From Enoplolaimus lenunculus (Eukaryota), in assembly GCA_030248215.1 (NCBI GenBank), contig JASANG010002067.1:248001-312000 (forward strand): a stretch of 64,000 nucleotides of DNA, given 5' to 3'. Shown one piece after another: positions 35,405-47,950 of the stretch. The stretch's first letter is position 1. Every line of letters starts with the position of its first letter. The notes below the pieces were generated by a model, which did not search any database, had not been told where the DNA came from, and saw nothing but the letters and a program-made list of their open reading frames with translations. The translations under genes were made by a program, and so were the position numbers.

Positions 35405-38400
35405 CGTTAAATATTATTATAGCCGCGTTTGACCATAGTTTGTTTAAAAGTCTTCTCATACTTAAACAAACGCTGTGAAATACAACACAACTGAATTCTG
35501 TGCTTGTATTCCGAAATGTGTGTAGCGCCTGTCACCGGTTGGTCATAGGTCTTGTTACATTCTAATCAGTAAACGGTGAGCATCGAAATTCAGCACATTT
35601 CTCAGAAATGATATCGTTTACTACTTCTGCGCAACTTTTCACATCCGCTATGGTTTTATTTGGTGAGTTTATCACCTTAAAACACTAGGAGAAGTATATA
35701 TATTTCTCCTGAATCCAACATTTCTACAGGCCTGAAATTTTTGCAACGTTCGCACCATATTAAATTGAAAATTTTTAAACTTTTAATTTTACAATATATT
35801 AGAAGTCACTAGTAGTATAACTGCAAAAAACGTTTCCATTGCAAATGTAAGAAAGCAACCAAACCTTACCATAGCTACACACCAAAATATTGTGTATCAC
35901 GGTGCCACCGGAAATGAAAAAAACCGAAACCAGAGGCCAACAAATTTGCGATGGCCAGAGATAGACCTTCTACTGTACCGTCCTTGGTACGTAAGCTCAG
36001 AATGTTAAACACTGTGTTAGAACAAATCCTGACAAAAATACGGGTGGTTACAATCTAATACCCAAGTAATTTGTTGCAATAATTCATTTATGTTAATATT
36101 CCGTTGTAAATCAGTAACATGGCAGAATTAGCGAATTTCCGAAGGCTCTATTCATTGCATTAGAACAAATCCCAAATATTAATGTATACAGCAAAACACA
36201 AAGAATATAAAACAATTAACGTTTACAGACCTCACCGATTTACTAGCAATCTGCAAATCATACTTCTATTGTTAGCAATAAAAGTTGATTTGTTTAGATA
36301 AATAAACGAGCGCATATAACAATTATTATTTGTCAATATTGATGATTTATAAAATATCATGACTAGCTGCAGCTATGTTCAAGTGGGTTGCAGTTGCATT
36401 CAACGCCGTTCAGTGGCCATTTTTAAGCAGGCAGGCATTTTTTTCTAGCTAACGTTTGAAGTTGGGGCTGCGCATTTAACATTTTCTCATCTGGATCCCA
36501 CTTGTGCATACCATGCGGCTCTATGGTGAAAATTTAGTTTTATTTCTTGAATCTGTTATTCGTTGATCCGACCGGATAGGGATACCCATGTGACTCATTT
36601 GAAGTCAAATAGGTTGACTGGCGCACTATTTTATCGTTTTATGATTTCAAACTTTGAAATGGTGCCAAAAACTATTACTATTTTCAATTATAAGCATTCC
36701 GAAACATTGCGATTGCATACTTTTTTGCAATGTTTTGTTGTTCGATACTTGATCGCGTCTACATGGATATCTTCTCTATCTCAAATCTGATTGAAAACTG
36801 TGCGTCTAACTACCAGGTAGTCGGCGGACAGGCCGATAATATTAGCACTCTGCAATGGGAGCTTGATGGTGGAACCGGATATTGCTTGCACTTCTTATGG
36901 AAATTTTGTACTGTATGTATGTGTTAAGCGCTGTCCATTGTTTATTTATTGCAAGTACACAGTTCGGCGATAGTTACTCATGCCGGAGAAATGATTACCG
37001 AAATTTGACCAAAACAAGCAGTTGACAGCTGCGCCTACCATTTAATGGTTAATGTAGTGTTACCATACCATTCGCTGTTATTTTGCAATTTTATTCGAAA
37101 TTGAAGTTTAGTTTTTAAAAATATATAATGATAAATTAATTGCAATATGCCGTTATTTATGTCGAATATCTGTTAGCACAGCAGCGGTTCTAAAACTAAG
37201 TTGCAGGCTTAGAACGGACTGTTAACGTTTAAGAGAGAATGGCCACAAGTTTCTTGCACTAACCAGGCAAAAATTGAATTATTTCAGTTTTTCTGCGAGA
37301 AAGAACATTTGGTTTAGAGAATTTACTTGTGAAAATTCAAACACATATTTAGCAATTCATTGTTTTATAAGTATAGACCCAATGTCTTCTATTAGGCTTA
37401 AAACAAGAAGTGCCCAAATGTGACAATTGCAATCACAAATAAATTTGTGCACATATTGTTCAATAGAGCCCTTGCAAATGTTTTCCGGTACATGTACACT
37501 GTTCTTTTCAAATCTAAATCTATTTCTAAGCACTAGTCCAGTCCAATGCATAAGCCTAAGTTTATGCCTAAGCCTATGTTATTCCAAAATCAAAATATTT
37601 AAAAAACTGTTTAGGGAAGTGTTTAAGATTCGGTTTGCAACCGTTACTATGTCATATACAAACAACATAAGGAATACATGCAGAAATAACATTCATCTCA
37701 GCGTCTTAACCGGTCCGGTGTTTAGGGCCCAGGCTTATCACTCAAGGCCTTGAGCCGTGTCACACAATGCTTTTTTCATTTAAAAACATAAATACCGCTT
37801 AAAATAAGCCTTCATATTGATCTAAAATTGTTTGACCGGTATTACAATGTACATAGCGGAAACTATGCAAGCGAAGTAATGCAAAGCTGACCGCAAATTT
37901 TACTACTAATAGTACTGTGGACAACTGCCGGCTGAGAACATCAATTTATAGACACCCTAGCACAACCGCTGTCCTTAACATTTGCATACAATTGCAATAT
38001 AAAATCGTTAGCGAAATATACAAGTGGGCAAACGCCAGCCAGTACAAATCTGAACGAAATTGCATAAACAGTTCAAAATTAAAAAATTGAGTAGTAATTG
38101 TTAAACTGTGCGCATTGTGTACAACTTCCGGTTCACAATTTCCGCTAAGTTGGTCTTAATAGTATACTCTTATGCCAAAAAGTTACGGATTAAACTTTAA
38201 CTGATATTTTCATCGATAGCATTGGTTGCGTTATGCATATTATTGAGCTACGGCTAACGTTTCTTTTGCTTTGCTTCGTATGCAATCAAAAAATATACAT
38301 TCGTACAACTTTCATTCTTGCGTTTTAATTGTACTTTAGAACCGTTATGCCCAGTATCAACATGCAGATCATTATTTGGATATACGCACTGATAATGCGT

Positions 38401-39666
38401 TTTGACAGCGGTATTCCATTAGCTGAAACAACGGAAAAAACTCAATAGCGCCAAAACAATTGAGTTGAAAACAAAGTTAGGAGTTCATGGCAAAAATTAT
38501 TGATCTTGTAAACGTTGATTCCATAGGCTTAAACGTCGGCTCAGGCTTTAGTTGAAGTTTCCGTTTACGTTCAGAAATATACTTACCTAACACATAGTGT
38601 TCTATAAGTCTTTGCCTGAAGTTTTACCTAAGCAAAAGCCCATGTGTCAACCTTATGGTTGCGCTATACTCGCCGCGCCCCGCCAGATGCCGCCGCGTGC
38701 CGGCGCTGTAAAACTTAAAAATTTTGCTAGCTCAGTAAAGTATAGCGCAACTCTTAACCTTAAATATGGGGAAAAGCGCACAAGAGCAAAAACGTTCAAC
38801 ACAAATTTTCGGCATTGAAATCCCAAGAGTTTTTTATATACTTTAAGCCTAGAACCGTATTTAAATCAGTGTGTAGTATCTAGCAATGAGAGGTACTTAA
38901 GCCAAAGCGCCAAAAACACATCTTAAAAGTGGTTTCGTTAGAAATTTTTTAAACTTCTAGTTCAAATTAACTCAACTAATTTGAAATTACTTTTTAACTT
39001 ACTGACAACATTTTATAGGTAGCATAAGCATAGTATTAGTCTGACTAGTTTTTACTAAAGTGTTGTTCGTAATGATTAAAACTAACCAGATACCTATTTA
39101 AATTAGTCTACTAGACTTTTAATTCGCTAAAGCAAGTTTGGGGCTCTTGTACATAAAACCCAAAAGCTTATAACCGAAACTCCGAGCATAAGCCTGAGCT
39201 TAATTCAAAGCCCGAGCCAAACCCTACTTAAGCATAATTCTATGCCTTAAACTTGACAAACTCTGAAAATTTCGCAAATTGTGAAGAAAACTGTTCAATA
39301 ATCGAACTTTTAAAATATGATTGTTTAAAGCGTTCAAAGAGTTTTGTAAGATCACATTTAATTATTACTTATTGCAGTAAATTATTTAAAGTTTCGAAGC
39401 CCAGCTTGCTGTATTGGGCCTCATTCTACAACTAAATAGCATGACAATCCGGTTCTGAATTAACCTGTGCCGTGCTTCTAAACGACAACTAAAACATAAC
39501 TGCTGAACCAGGAACGATGTTCCCCAGTGAGGTTAGGCAGTCCATGGCCCTGTGTAACAAAATTTAACCCCCGCCCTTGGGTTGGGATTTAAATCCTTTC
39601 GAGCCAAACTGGTGTCTGCAACAAAGTGAGCCGCAGTGCGGGAAAGTGTACGAGAGCCAACTATCC

Positions 39667-40005
39667 TTAACCAACTGTACCACAATTTTGTGATTTTTCA
39701 GCACGCATCTCTTCTAGTCCTTCTAAATGTGGCCCAAATACATTTTTTTGCTCATTTTCAGGACACTTGGTTATGCACGTATCATAGCTGTTGATGAATT
39801 TGCAATATTTGACCAGCATAGTTTTATTTGATGGTGCTTTTTTGATATTCATCAAACCACCAGCAAACGTCGTCATTGTGCAATTAATAACGCATGGAGC
39901 GTCTGGTCCTTGTGTTGTTTTTGGCGATTCCACCACTGCTGATGCAAACAGCATTGCACCACTAAGAGCAGTAACGCTAAATAGTACTCGACTTGTAATA
40001 CCCAT
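39667..40005 (-). CDS. Small secreted six-cysteine protein, paralog of 42705-43073 and 30570-31980 (first exon; 3' end uncertain)
   Basis: Signal peptide MGITSRVLFSVTALSGAMLFASA; DAPCVINC...NKT...YCKFINSYDTCITKCPENE...NCG. A possible phase-1 donor follows 39681. A low-confidence candidate last exon at 37513-37398 encodes a hydrophobic tail. Confidence 0.75.
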   Translation of the reverse strand: MGITSRVLFSVTALSGAMLFASAVVESPKTTQGPDAPCVINCTMTTFAGGLMNIKKAPSNKTMLVKYCKFINSYDTCITKCPENEQKNVFGPHLEGLEEMRAEKSQNCGTVG

Positions 40006-40342
40006 TGGCTGTATCGAGTTCCCAAACGCACAACGAGAAATTTTCTCTAACTTCAAAGCGGTGCAAAAGCTTAACACAAGTTTTAGTCGGTTCACAAATA
40101 CTTAAACATAATAAATATACTTAAACATAATAAATATTTTATTCTAAGGTCAGAATATAACGGAAAGTGAATTTAGATTTTTGGCTAAGTACTTCTTCTG
40201 AAGGAAGAGAGCAAATTAGGGAGCAGCATTTATAAACGTTTGGTGCAGATATTCCTGCCCAGCGCGACGTAGGTATTGTAAAAGTATATAATTTAAGTCA
40301 TATTTTGATAAAAATTGTTTATTTTTTGAATTATTTTGCGGG

Positions 40343-40520
40343 ATGACTCTAGGTAATCCAAGAAATTTTTTGTACTTTTGTAGGTAACCTCTTTGTACTT
40401 TGGCCCGCAAGAAATTTCCCCCTTGAAAAATTATTTTCGCGGGCAACCAGCCCCCCCCCATGACTCTAGGTAATCCAAGAAATTTATTGTACTTTTGTAG
40501 GTAACCCATTTGTACTTTTG
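40343..40520. repeat. Local duplication of ~60 bp at ~116-bp spacing
   Basis: atgactctaggtaatccaagaaattt.ttgtacttt.gtaggtaacc occurs at 40343 and 40459. Confidence 0.8.
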
Positions 40521-41555
40521 TAGTTAATCCCACAATGGAAAAGTTTCCTCCGCCGCAAAAATTTTGTTTTCAGGGGGCTGTAGAATACTAAGCAGGATGG
40601 GGGCTGCCGCCCCAGAAGCCCTCGTGCTATGTCCTTCGCATACGTACGCGCCAAACAGTTCAAAACTGTTTTAGTAATTTTAGCTCTTTCGATAATAAAA
40701 TGCTTAATGCAAGGGTTTTCGGGACGACAGTCCCCCATCCTACTTAGTATCCCTTCAGATCGCAGGGGTGCAGGGGCGACATCCCCCCTGAAAAACAAAA
40801 TGGCCAATAATAAATTAATTTTTCTTAAAAAACTCCATTTTACGAGGGGCTTTTTTGCCCCCTCTCTTCTGACCAAGCATTTTGAGTACTACTGTTTTCG
40901 CTAAGTTACTCACAGTATATTTTATGTGAGATGGTACATATATATCATGAAAATGCTGGCGGAGGTTAGTGAGCGGGGAATGACAGACTTTATCATAGTA
41001 CTAAAAGAGGTGTATAACAAAACTTCATTGGATTCTTTATACAAGTCGTAGCGCAACCCGTAATTCAGCCCAAATCCTAGCTGGGTTAGTCCAAAGTGGA
41101 AGTATGTCTTATACGTCTTATACAGCTTCGTGTTTTATAATTGGTTACTGCTAGTTGTAATCTATTTTGATTCCACTTTGCTTCGTGAAACAAACTGCTT
41201 GGTAGCCAACAGGTATCGTTTACTTAGGCAATCAGAAAAGTGTATTTGCATAAGCTAATCGTATTTGATGATGGCTTTAAAGTGCTAACCAATCATAAGG
41301 CGTGCACTTGTAGCAGAGCAAGAATTACGACGTGGGCTATCTCAAGTCGTAATTCAGCCCCGAGCTAGCTCAATTCGGAATTGGGCTGATTTACGGCTGG
41401 GCTACGACATATACGCAAAGCTTTGGTTTTAACATTATTCAGGTTATTATTATTATTGTGATAAATTGAGATATTACTAGTGATGGGTATTGAAAATTTT
41501 TTTATATCCGGATATTAGGCAATTCTTGCCGAATAGTTTTATATAGTCGTTTTGC

Positions 41556-41886
41556 GTTCCAAGAAGAAAGAAACACATTAAATTATACTTAGGCTAAATC
41601 GTACAAACCTCAGTCCATGATAGTTTCAGTGGTGGCGGGTACGGGGACCTTATCACTTCATCACAAAAAAGTTTCCTGAAGAGAAAAATGGTAAGGTAGG
41701 CCCCTTACCATTTTATTGCAAAAAACTTTTTTAACGGGGGGCGAACGTCCGCCCATCTCCTCTGGATCCGCTAGTGCCCGCCTTCTAAGACCGAAATTCC
41801 CTAGGCTTAAACTTTACACTATTTGTTTGCTTGGGCTTAGACAAGGCTTTGTTTTAGACTTTTGTTTAGTATATAATACGCTGAGG
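41556..41886. repeat. Dispersed repeat homologous to 13371-13822, with a nested family E element
   Basis: Shared flanking blocks and the ctggatccgctagtg end. Confidence 0.6.
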
Positions 41887-42194
41887 ATGTAGAAATACAT
41901 GTGCTTTGTGTTGCTGTGCCGGACAGTGACGGACAGCTCCGGACGTCATCAAAAGTATATCGCCATCATAAGTAAACCTATAATTTATCTCAAACTCAAA
42001 CGACGAAGCATTCCAACACTACTATTTATACACAAGGCCAACCGCAAGACCGAGCATATGACAGTATCCAACAAGATGTCAGAAAAGAAATGTTTTCAAT
42101 ATCATACTGAATTATAAAAACTTTTCTGGCAGCTAAACTATGATTAAAAAAGACCGAAGACAAACAGCTCTAAACTTTACAAACACTATATATA

Positions 42195-42480
42195 CTGTAG
42201 TGACCTGAATAAGAGGGGGTGGGGGACTGATATTTATTTGGCCTCTTTAGGGGGTACCCCTCTTGTTATTCGGTTGCGTACTGTTATTTTTATCCCACGC
42301 TCCGCCACCCTTCGTTACTGATATATATCCCGTACTGCAACTATCCGTTGATTTAAGCGTTTACTTGTCTAGCGTCAATAGCTTGAGCGATCATTCAAGG
42401 TTAGGACTCCTGTTGATTGGGACTCAAAACGGGGCTCCTTCCCTGTTATTACCCCACACCCTCATATTCGTGTACTATAG
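42195..42480 (+). mobile_element. MITE family A, internally deleted
   Basis: ta|ctgtagtgacctgaataagag ... tattcgtgtactatag|ta. Confidence 0.8.
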
Positions 42481-42704
42481 TACACCAAAAACAAATACTC
42501 ACAAAAATTGTCAAAAATTTAGCTCAATGTTATGACCGAGATTTGAATGCAGAATTTTTTCGTCAGCTCCAGCTACTTTTGCGGTGAAAAAATGCAAATT
42601 ACTCCAAACTTTTTCACACAGTAGCATTTCGTATATCGGACGGATATCCTGACATCCGGATACAAATTTCATTTCAGCAATCAATCATGAAGGTGTTAAT
42701 ATAA

Positions 42705-43073
42705 TTATCGGTTGTTCTGCAGATTTGGTTTGACATAAACTAAATAAAATTCCTCACCACAATCTTTGAATGTTCGAGCACGCGTTTCTTCAAGCTTTTC
42801 TTGGTTAGGTCCAAGATGTATCTTTTCATTTTCAGGACACTTGTTGACGCACGATTTAAGGTTGTAGAATATTTGGCAGTATTCGGGCGACATAGTTTCA
42901 TTCGCTGGATTTGGTCCCTTTTCTGCCATGTCCAATATGGCGCCAAGCATTACGCCGGAGCAAGCTTCAATGCATGGAGCGTTTAGTTCATCTGTAGGGT
43001 TTGGAGTTGCGGATGCAAACAATATTGCACCAAACGCAGCTATTCCAAATAGTACCCGACCGTTAATATTCAT
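42705..43073 (-). CDS. Small secreted six-cysteine protein, paralog of 39667-40005 (first exon; probably spliced after 42758)
   Basis: Signal peptide MNINGRVLFGIAAFGAILFASA; NAPCIEAC...NET...YCQIFYNLKSCVNKCPENE...DCG. A strong G|gtgag donor lies directly after the last Cys. The downstream exon was not identified. Confidence 0.75.
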   Translation of the reverse strand: MNINGRVLFGIAAFGAILFASATPNPTDELNAPCIEACSGVMLGAILDMAEKGPNPANETMSPEYCQIFYNLKSCVNKCPENEKIHLGPNQEKLEETRARTFKDCGEEFYLVYVKPNLQNNR

Positions 43074-45130
43074 TTCTGTTCTCAAATACACAACAACAAA
43101 TTCTTAACTTCAAACTGATGCAAAACGTTTTACTAAAGTTGACTTCAAATTCTTAACCTTACAAAATTTATTCTCAACAGAGAATCAATTTATTGCGCAT
43201 TTTGTTGTCTTTACTTTCACCAGATGATGGCGTTAATAATTCTTTTTTTCGTACTAAACGGTCTCGCGCGGTTACAACTTCGCCTTGAATACACAGATGT
43301 TTCGTCCAATGTATAGAACAGGGTGGTAACGGTAGTATGAGCATATTCCTAAGCCCAACCGTAGCCCTAAGCGTAAGAATAAGTTTATACCGATGCCTAA
43401 ATCTCGAGCGTAAGCAAAAACTGTCTAAAGCTTAAGCTTACTCTATCTCAGTCCCGGCTGAGAAACCATCCGTCTCGGATCTTAACATTGGCCAATGTTT
43501 CGGACAAAGTTACGTCATGTCTTACCTATTTCTTTGACCAAAGTTTAGGCTTAGGCTTAGATTCGTACTTAATAGCGCGTAACATTTGTTCATTTAAGCC
43601 AAAAACTAGAGACTATATTTAAAGCAAACGATTAGTGTCGTGTTTGAGTTCAAACCTTGGTTTTAATAAAGTTGTGCAGCATAAAATTGCATTGCTGTCC
43701 TGACACGATTAATAGGACCAAGAGTCCCTGACAGTGCCGGAGCAGACAGAAGTGGAACCTCGCAACACACTTCTGGGTAAAGCCGCCAACGTAGCGATGG
43801 ATCCAGAATTCTTTTCAGCAAGTTTCGACATTGGCCGGCTCCTTCGTTTTAAGTTTCATCGTGTGGCCACAATCCTTAAAATCACATTTTCAGCAACAGT
43901 TTCAAATGCACTAAACTTCGCGCGAAACGTGGATTTATTTTATATTTTTAAAGTAGCCAAAGGGCGAATATTTTAGGTAATGGCTAATGAAATATAAGCA
44001 TTTTCGATCCAATGGAAAAAGGCACAAGGCTCCCTTACCACGCTTGAATTTCATCCATGGGCGTAGCATGGATTTCATTTCACGAGAGTAGATTTATGTA
44101 TCAAACTAAAAATATTGGCGGACGAACGTAGCGAGAGAGAAATTGGTTTGATTTTTAACAGTCTAATGGTTATTCTTAGTCATGTCACAGGTTCCTGAAG
44201 CCAATAAAAATCCTTACGATGGTAAAATAGTGAAGAAAAATTCGCGAGCGAGAAACCAACGCATGGGTTGGCGTTGGGGGCTCCATTTGAGACGCCGGTC
44301 CCATTTGTGGTGCGGGTCACCATCAAATAAGGTTTGATGGCGGCTGCCACCCCTGATTTTTACATGGGCTCAAATTTTGAACCAGCGAATGTTGAGGCTC
44401 AAAATTCAGCACATTTTCGCATATCGTTTGCTCTACACGTGTTGGCGATGTTGAGTCCAACAACTGCATGCATTCGTTAGTGAGTTTGGAAACATACAAT
44501 TCTGACTGATGATAGTTACCGTACACATTTCAGAATATCTTTCCAGGTTCAACTGTCACTGGCAAATGTGCAAATATTTATCATTTGAAATCTTTTTTAT
44601 TAATGATAATTTGCTGAGTTCCATACAAAATGTTCATATTTAAAGCGCTAATTAGAACATTTCCAGAAAAAATAAACTAAAATTCTGTTATGTGGCATGT
44701 CTTCGCTGACCATCGAATCGTATTGTACCAATGATTTTAGGATCCTCTGAAACGTACAGAATAGCGTTTTACATAGCTATAGAGCTTTCTGCTCCGTACA
44801 CTGCTAAACAATTTCGGAAAACGCTTGCCTAAACATGAACTTTTTCCTAATCCTTTACTTAAGCCACAATCTAAACGTTAATTTTGAATAGGGGAAGTGT
44901 ATAAAGTTGAATTTTAACTAGAAATTGGGATGTACATTGTTTCCATTTTATTAGTATGCTCTTCGACACTTTGTTCCACAGTTTTATTGATTTTTAAATT
45001 TTGGCACAACTTATTTAAAGCTTAGACAAAACACTTAATGCGGGGTTCACGTTATAACTGGGGCAGTCGGGTCACGTTTTGTCACATGTTGATTCGACAT
45101 CAACATAAATTTTGTGCCATCATTAGGGGC

Positions 45131-45346
45131 GAACAAAAAAAAACTACGGAAGGCCCCCCCACAAGGCAACACACAGCAAATCCAACCCAAACAAAGAAAC
45201 GCAAACCGCTCCCCGCCAAACGCAAATCCCGCCAAAACCCACCACCCCCATCCCCAACCCACCCCCACCCCAACCCCCAAAAACCCACCAACAAAAAAAA
45301 AAAAAAAAAAAAAACAAAGAACAAAACACAAACCCAACCAACCCCT
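45131..45346. other. Low-complexity A/C-rich tract (G/T-rich on the minus strand)
   Basis: About 215 bp almost devoid of T, with runs of C and an A run of over 20 nt. Confidence 0.8.
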
Positions 45347-47231
45347 AAGATGTCGCTTAATCTTATCAATCGTTGTTGTTTAACGTAAACTTTTAAGTGT
45401 GCTTTGATTCCTTAAAGATTTCAGACTGAGTCACTCGCTGTCCATGATAACAAATAATTGTATTGCGTACGCTTTGCCTCGTATTTGCAAATGCTACACT
45501 AATATCCACAGTCGCGTCCAAGGAGACTTAGATTGATTGTGTACCATGAAATATTAGGGTCTTGCAAATATGAAAACTTTAGCGTAGTACCATGTACTAT
45601 GCATCAAATTTGGAGGTGCCGCGGGCTAACATTTTCAAGGAATTTGTGATCAACTGTTGAAGAGCCAAAGTTATGAACAAAATATTGCCAATGTTAAATT
45701 TAGTTTATAAAAGTTTTGAAAATACTGAAATCGTGTCTGAATTATATTTTGAGTGTACTTTAGCACGTATGTAGTAAACTGTAATCACAAATTGCGATGC
45801 ATTTAGTCAAAATTTGAAACAAGTTTTTGCAAAGCCACAGAGAATATAGATAGCATTGAACTCAAACGGGTTGGGCCTTGGTATGCATCACTTTTCCAAA
45901 AGATTGTCAGCCTATCAGACCCTCTCCATGTGTAGCCCTATTGACAGAAATGTTGGCAATTCTAAAATTTGCATTATAACGAAGAAGAACATGGCTAAGC
46001 GAGAAGCTCAGTGCCTCTGTTTGAACTCATCTCATCGTGGAGATATTATATATACCACGATGTAAAACTACCCTGTGAATAATTTTGTGTACACCGTTCT
46101 CATGCTGAAAAATGTGTTGAAAAACATTAACCTCGTAAAGATGTGGATATTCCAGTTAGTTTTAAATTGATCCCGCATCCTACTCCACGCCGCCCTTCAT
46201 GGGAATTGCCCACCCCCTGAGATCACTGAATTAATCATACTGTATCAGCAGCCGTTGACGATTGGGTTAAGAGATTGAACTTACCTACGGCAACATACGT
46301 TCTCATCATTTGCGTCCGAATCTGCAAAAAACACAAACCGAATACTTTGCAAGGAAAGCCAAACAACAAACATGGCTATCCAGTTTGCCACAAGCGCTTC
46401 ATATCGCGTGCGTATTGCTTTTTACGTATAAGTTTTTTGTGACCGAGAAAATCTTTTTGACCTCTATGATTCAGGTTATTTTTAGCAATCTAATCACTTT
46501 CTTGTTTTTACAGCATTTGGCCCAAGTCTAAAACTCGGCCTAAACTTTGCCTACGCCTCAGCTTATGCATAAACAAAACGCTAGTCCTGATCCGTAGCAT
46601 CTCAGTGTCTAGGTTTCTAATTCTTCCTGTCTCCCAACGAATTATTAAGCATAGCACTTTGTATTACGTTGTCAGCAATTTTTGTTTCAATGTTCAAAAA
46701 TGTAAGTTTTTTGAGTGAAATTGGTGTACAAGACATTATTTTTTATGTCAGTATACAGTTTAAGACCAAAAAAGAATGTGTCCTGCGTGTATGAGAGTGG
46801 GTCGGCACGTTTATAGTTGTTACCTCCAGCAAACTACGCCAATGTAGAGTGGGAAACTTTTTCACTATAACAAGTTTAGCTGAACCAAACTTTGAAATCA
46901 GTTTTCTGCTATTTTATCTCGGGGCGATGCTGCCTCCGGAACCCCACGAACTTCAAAAGACACTAAGCAAGATGGGGGATGGATATCGCCTCCAAACCCT
47001 CGACGCTATGCAATTCATGTGCGTGATAGCTAAAATCGTTGCTACAATATTTGTGGACTGTTTTAGCGTATGACTAGAAATACCGTTAGTGTGTAAGACT
47101 TGGCTGCGATTACCCTCATGGCGACGAGTGCTCACCATTCTTCTTAGGCGCCAGAAGATCTGCAGTTGAGAACTGATTGTGGTAAAATATCGCGATGCAA
47201 AAAAGTGATAATTACTGCACAATGACATGAA

Positions 47232-47296
47232 ATATATATCTATATATAATATATATATATATATAAATATATATTATATATATACATATATATATT
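47232..47296. repeat. (AT)n microsatellite
   Basis: Imperfect AT dinucleotide run. Confidence 0.9.
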
Positions 47297-47819
47297 ACGT
47301 TTGGAATTTTCATGCTCAACTCATATGACAGAAATAGTGACAGTAACAAATTTGTATTCTGCAGCTCAAATGCGCGAAAGTTTAGATTAATAAATGTTTT
47401 AGCAAATATTAGACACTACGAATTCTGCAGGGCATCACTTGAACCTACTTTGTAAGTATTTAGTTTTCCACCTGTTTTAGTGAATTTTACGGTTAATCTT
47501 TAAAATTATTATTTAGAAGAATTTCTTCCAAATTTGACCTAATGCATATTGTGAAATTTTAGACAACTTTCTTCATAGAGCCGTTATTAAAACAAGTGTT
47601 AAATCATCAGCATTGCTTGTTTTATTAAACTGTACAAAACATTTGTTGAGCTCTTACAAGTCACAAGTCGACGAAACATGTCTGTTAAGTAGTTGAAAAA
47701 TTTCATCCTTGACAAGATGTCGAAGATTATGCTGTAATTTAACATTTTTCGTTTGCGTTCAGACCATCTGATTTTGCTTATATTTCTGGGTTGGTTCCGG
47801 CGAATTTTGCCCACTTCCG

Positions 47820-47950
47820 ACTACAGTGTTGGTACTATACGGTCTGCACGACCCCCGTTTGAAGTTTTGCCCAAAGTTAGTGACCACGCCGGGAATCGAA
47901 CCACGGACCTCTCGCTCGGGCAGCGCGCTACCCTTCCCCGCGGCCGTTGC
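47820..47950 (-). mobile_element. tRNA-derived SINE-like relic
   Basis: The minus strand reads ...gagcgagaggtccgtGGTTCGATTCCcggcgtggtcactaactttgggcaaaactt...: a B-box/T-loop motif followed by a ttgggcaa..ctt segment typical of SINE bodies. No complete cloverleaf is visible. Confidence 0.5.

Noticed and set aside
35275..35478. Poly-Leu membrane peptide ORF
   Set aside because: Translation of a (TAT)n microsatellite.
45038..45388. Overlapping Lys/Pro-rich and Gly/Phe-rich ORFs
   Set aside because: They arise from a low-complexity tract that lacks stop codons because of its composition.
47870..47950. Functional tRNA gene
   Set aside because: A B-box is present, but there is no convincing D-arm, acceptor stem or poly-T terminator. 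Treated as a SINE-like relic.
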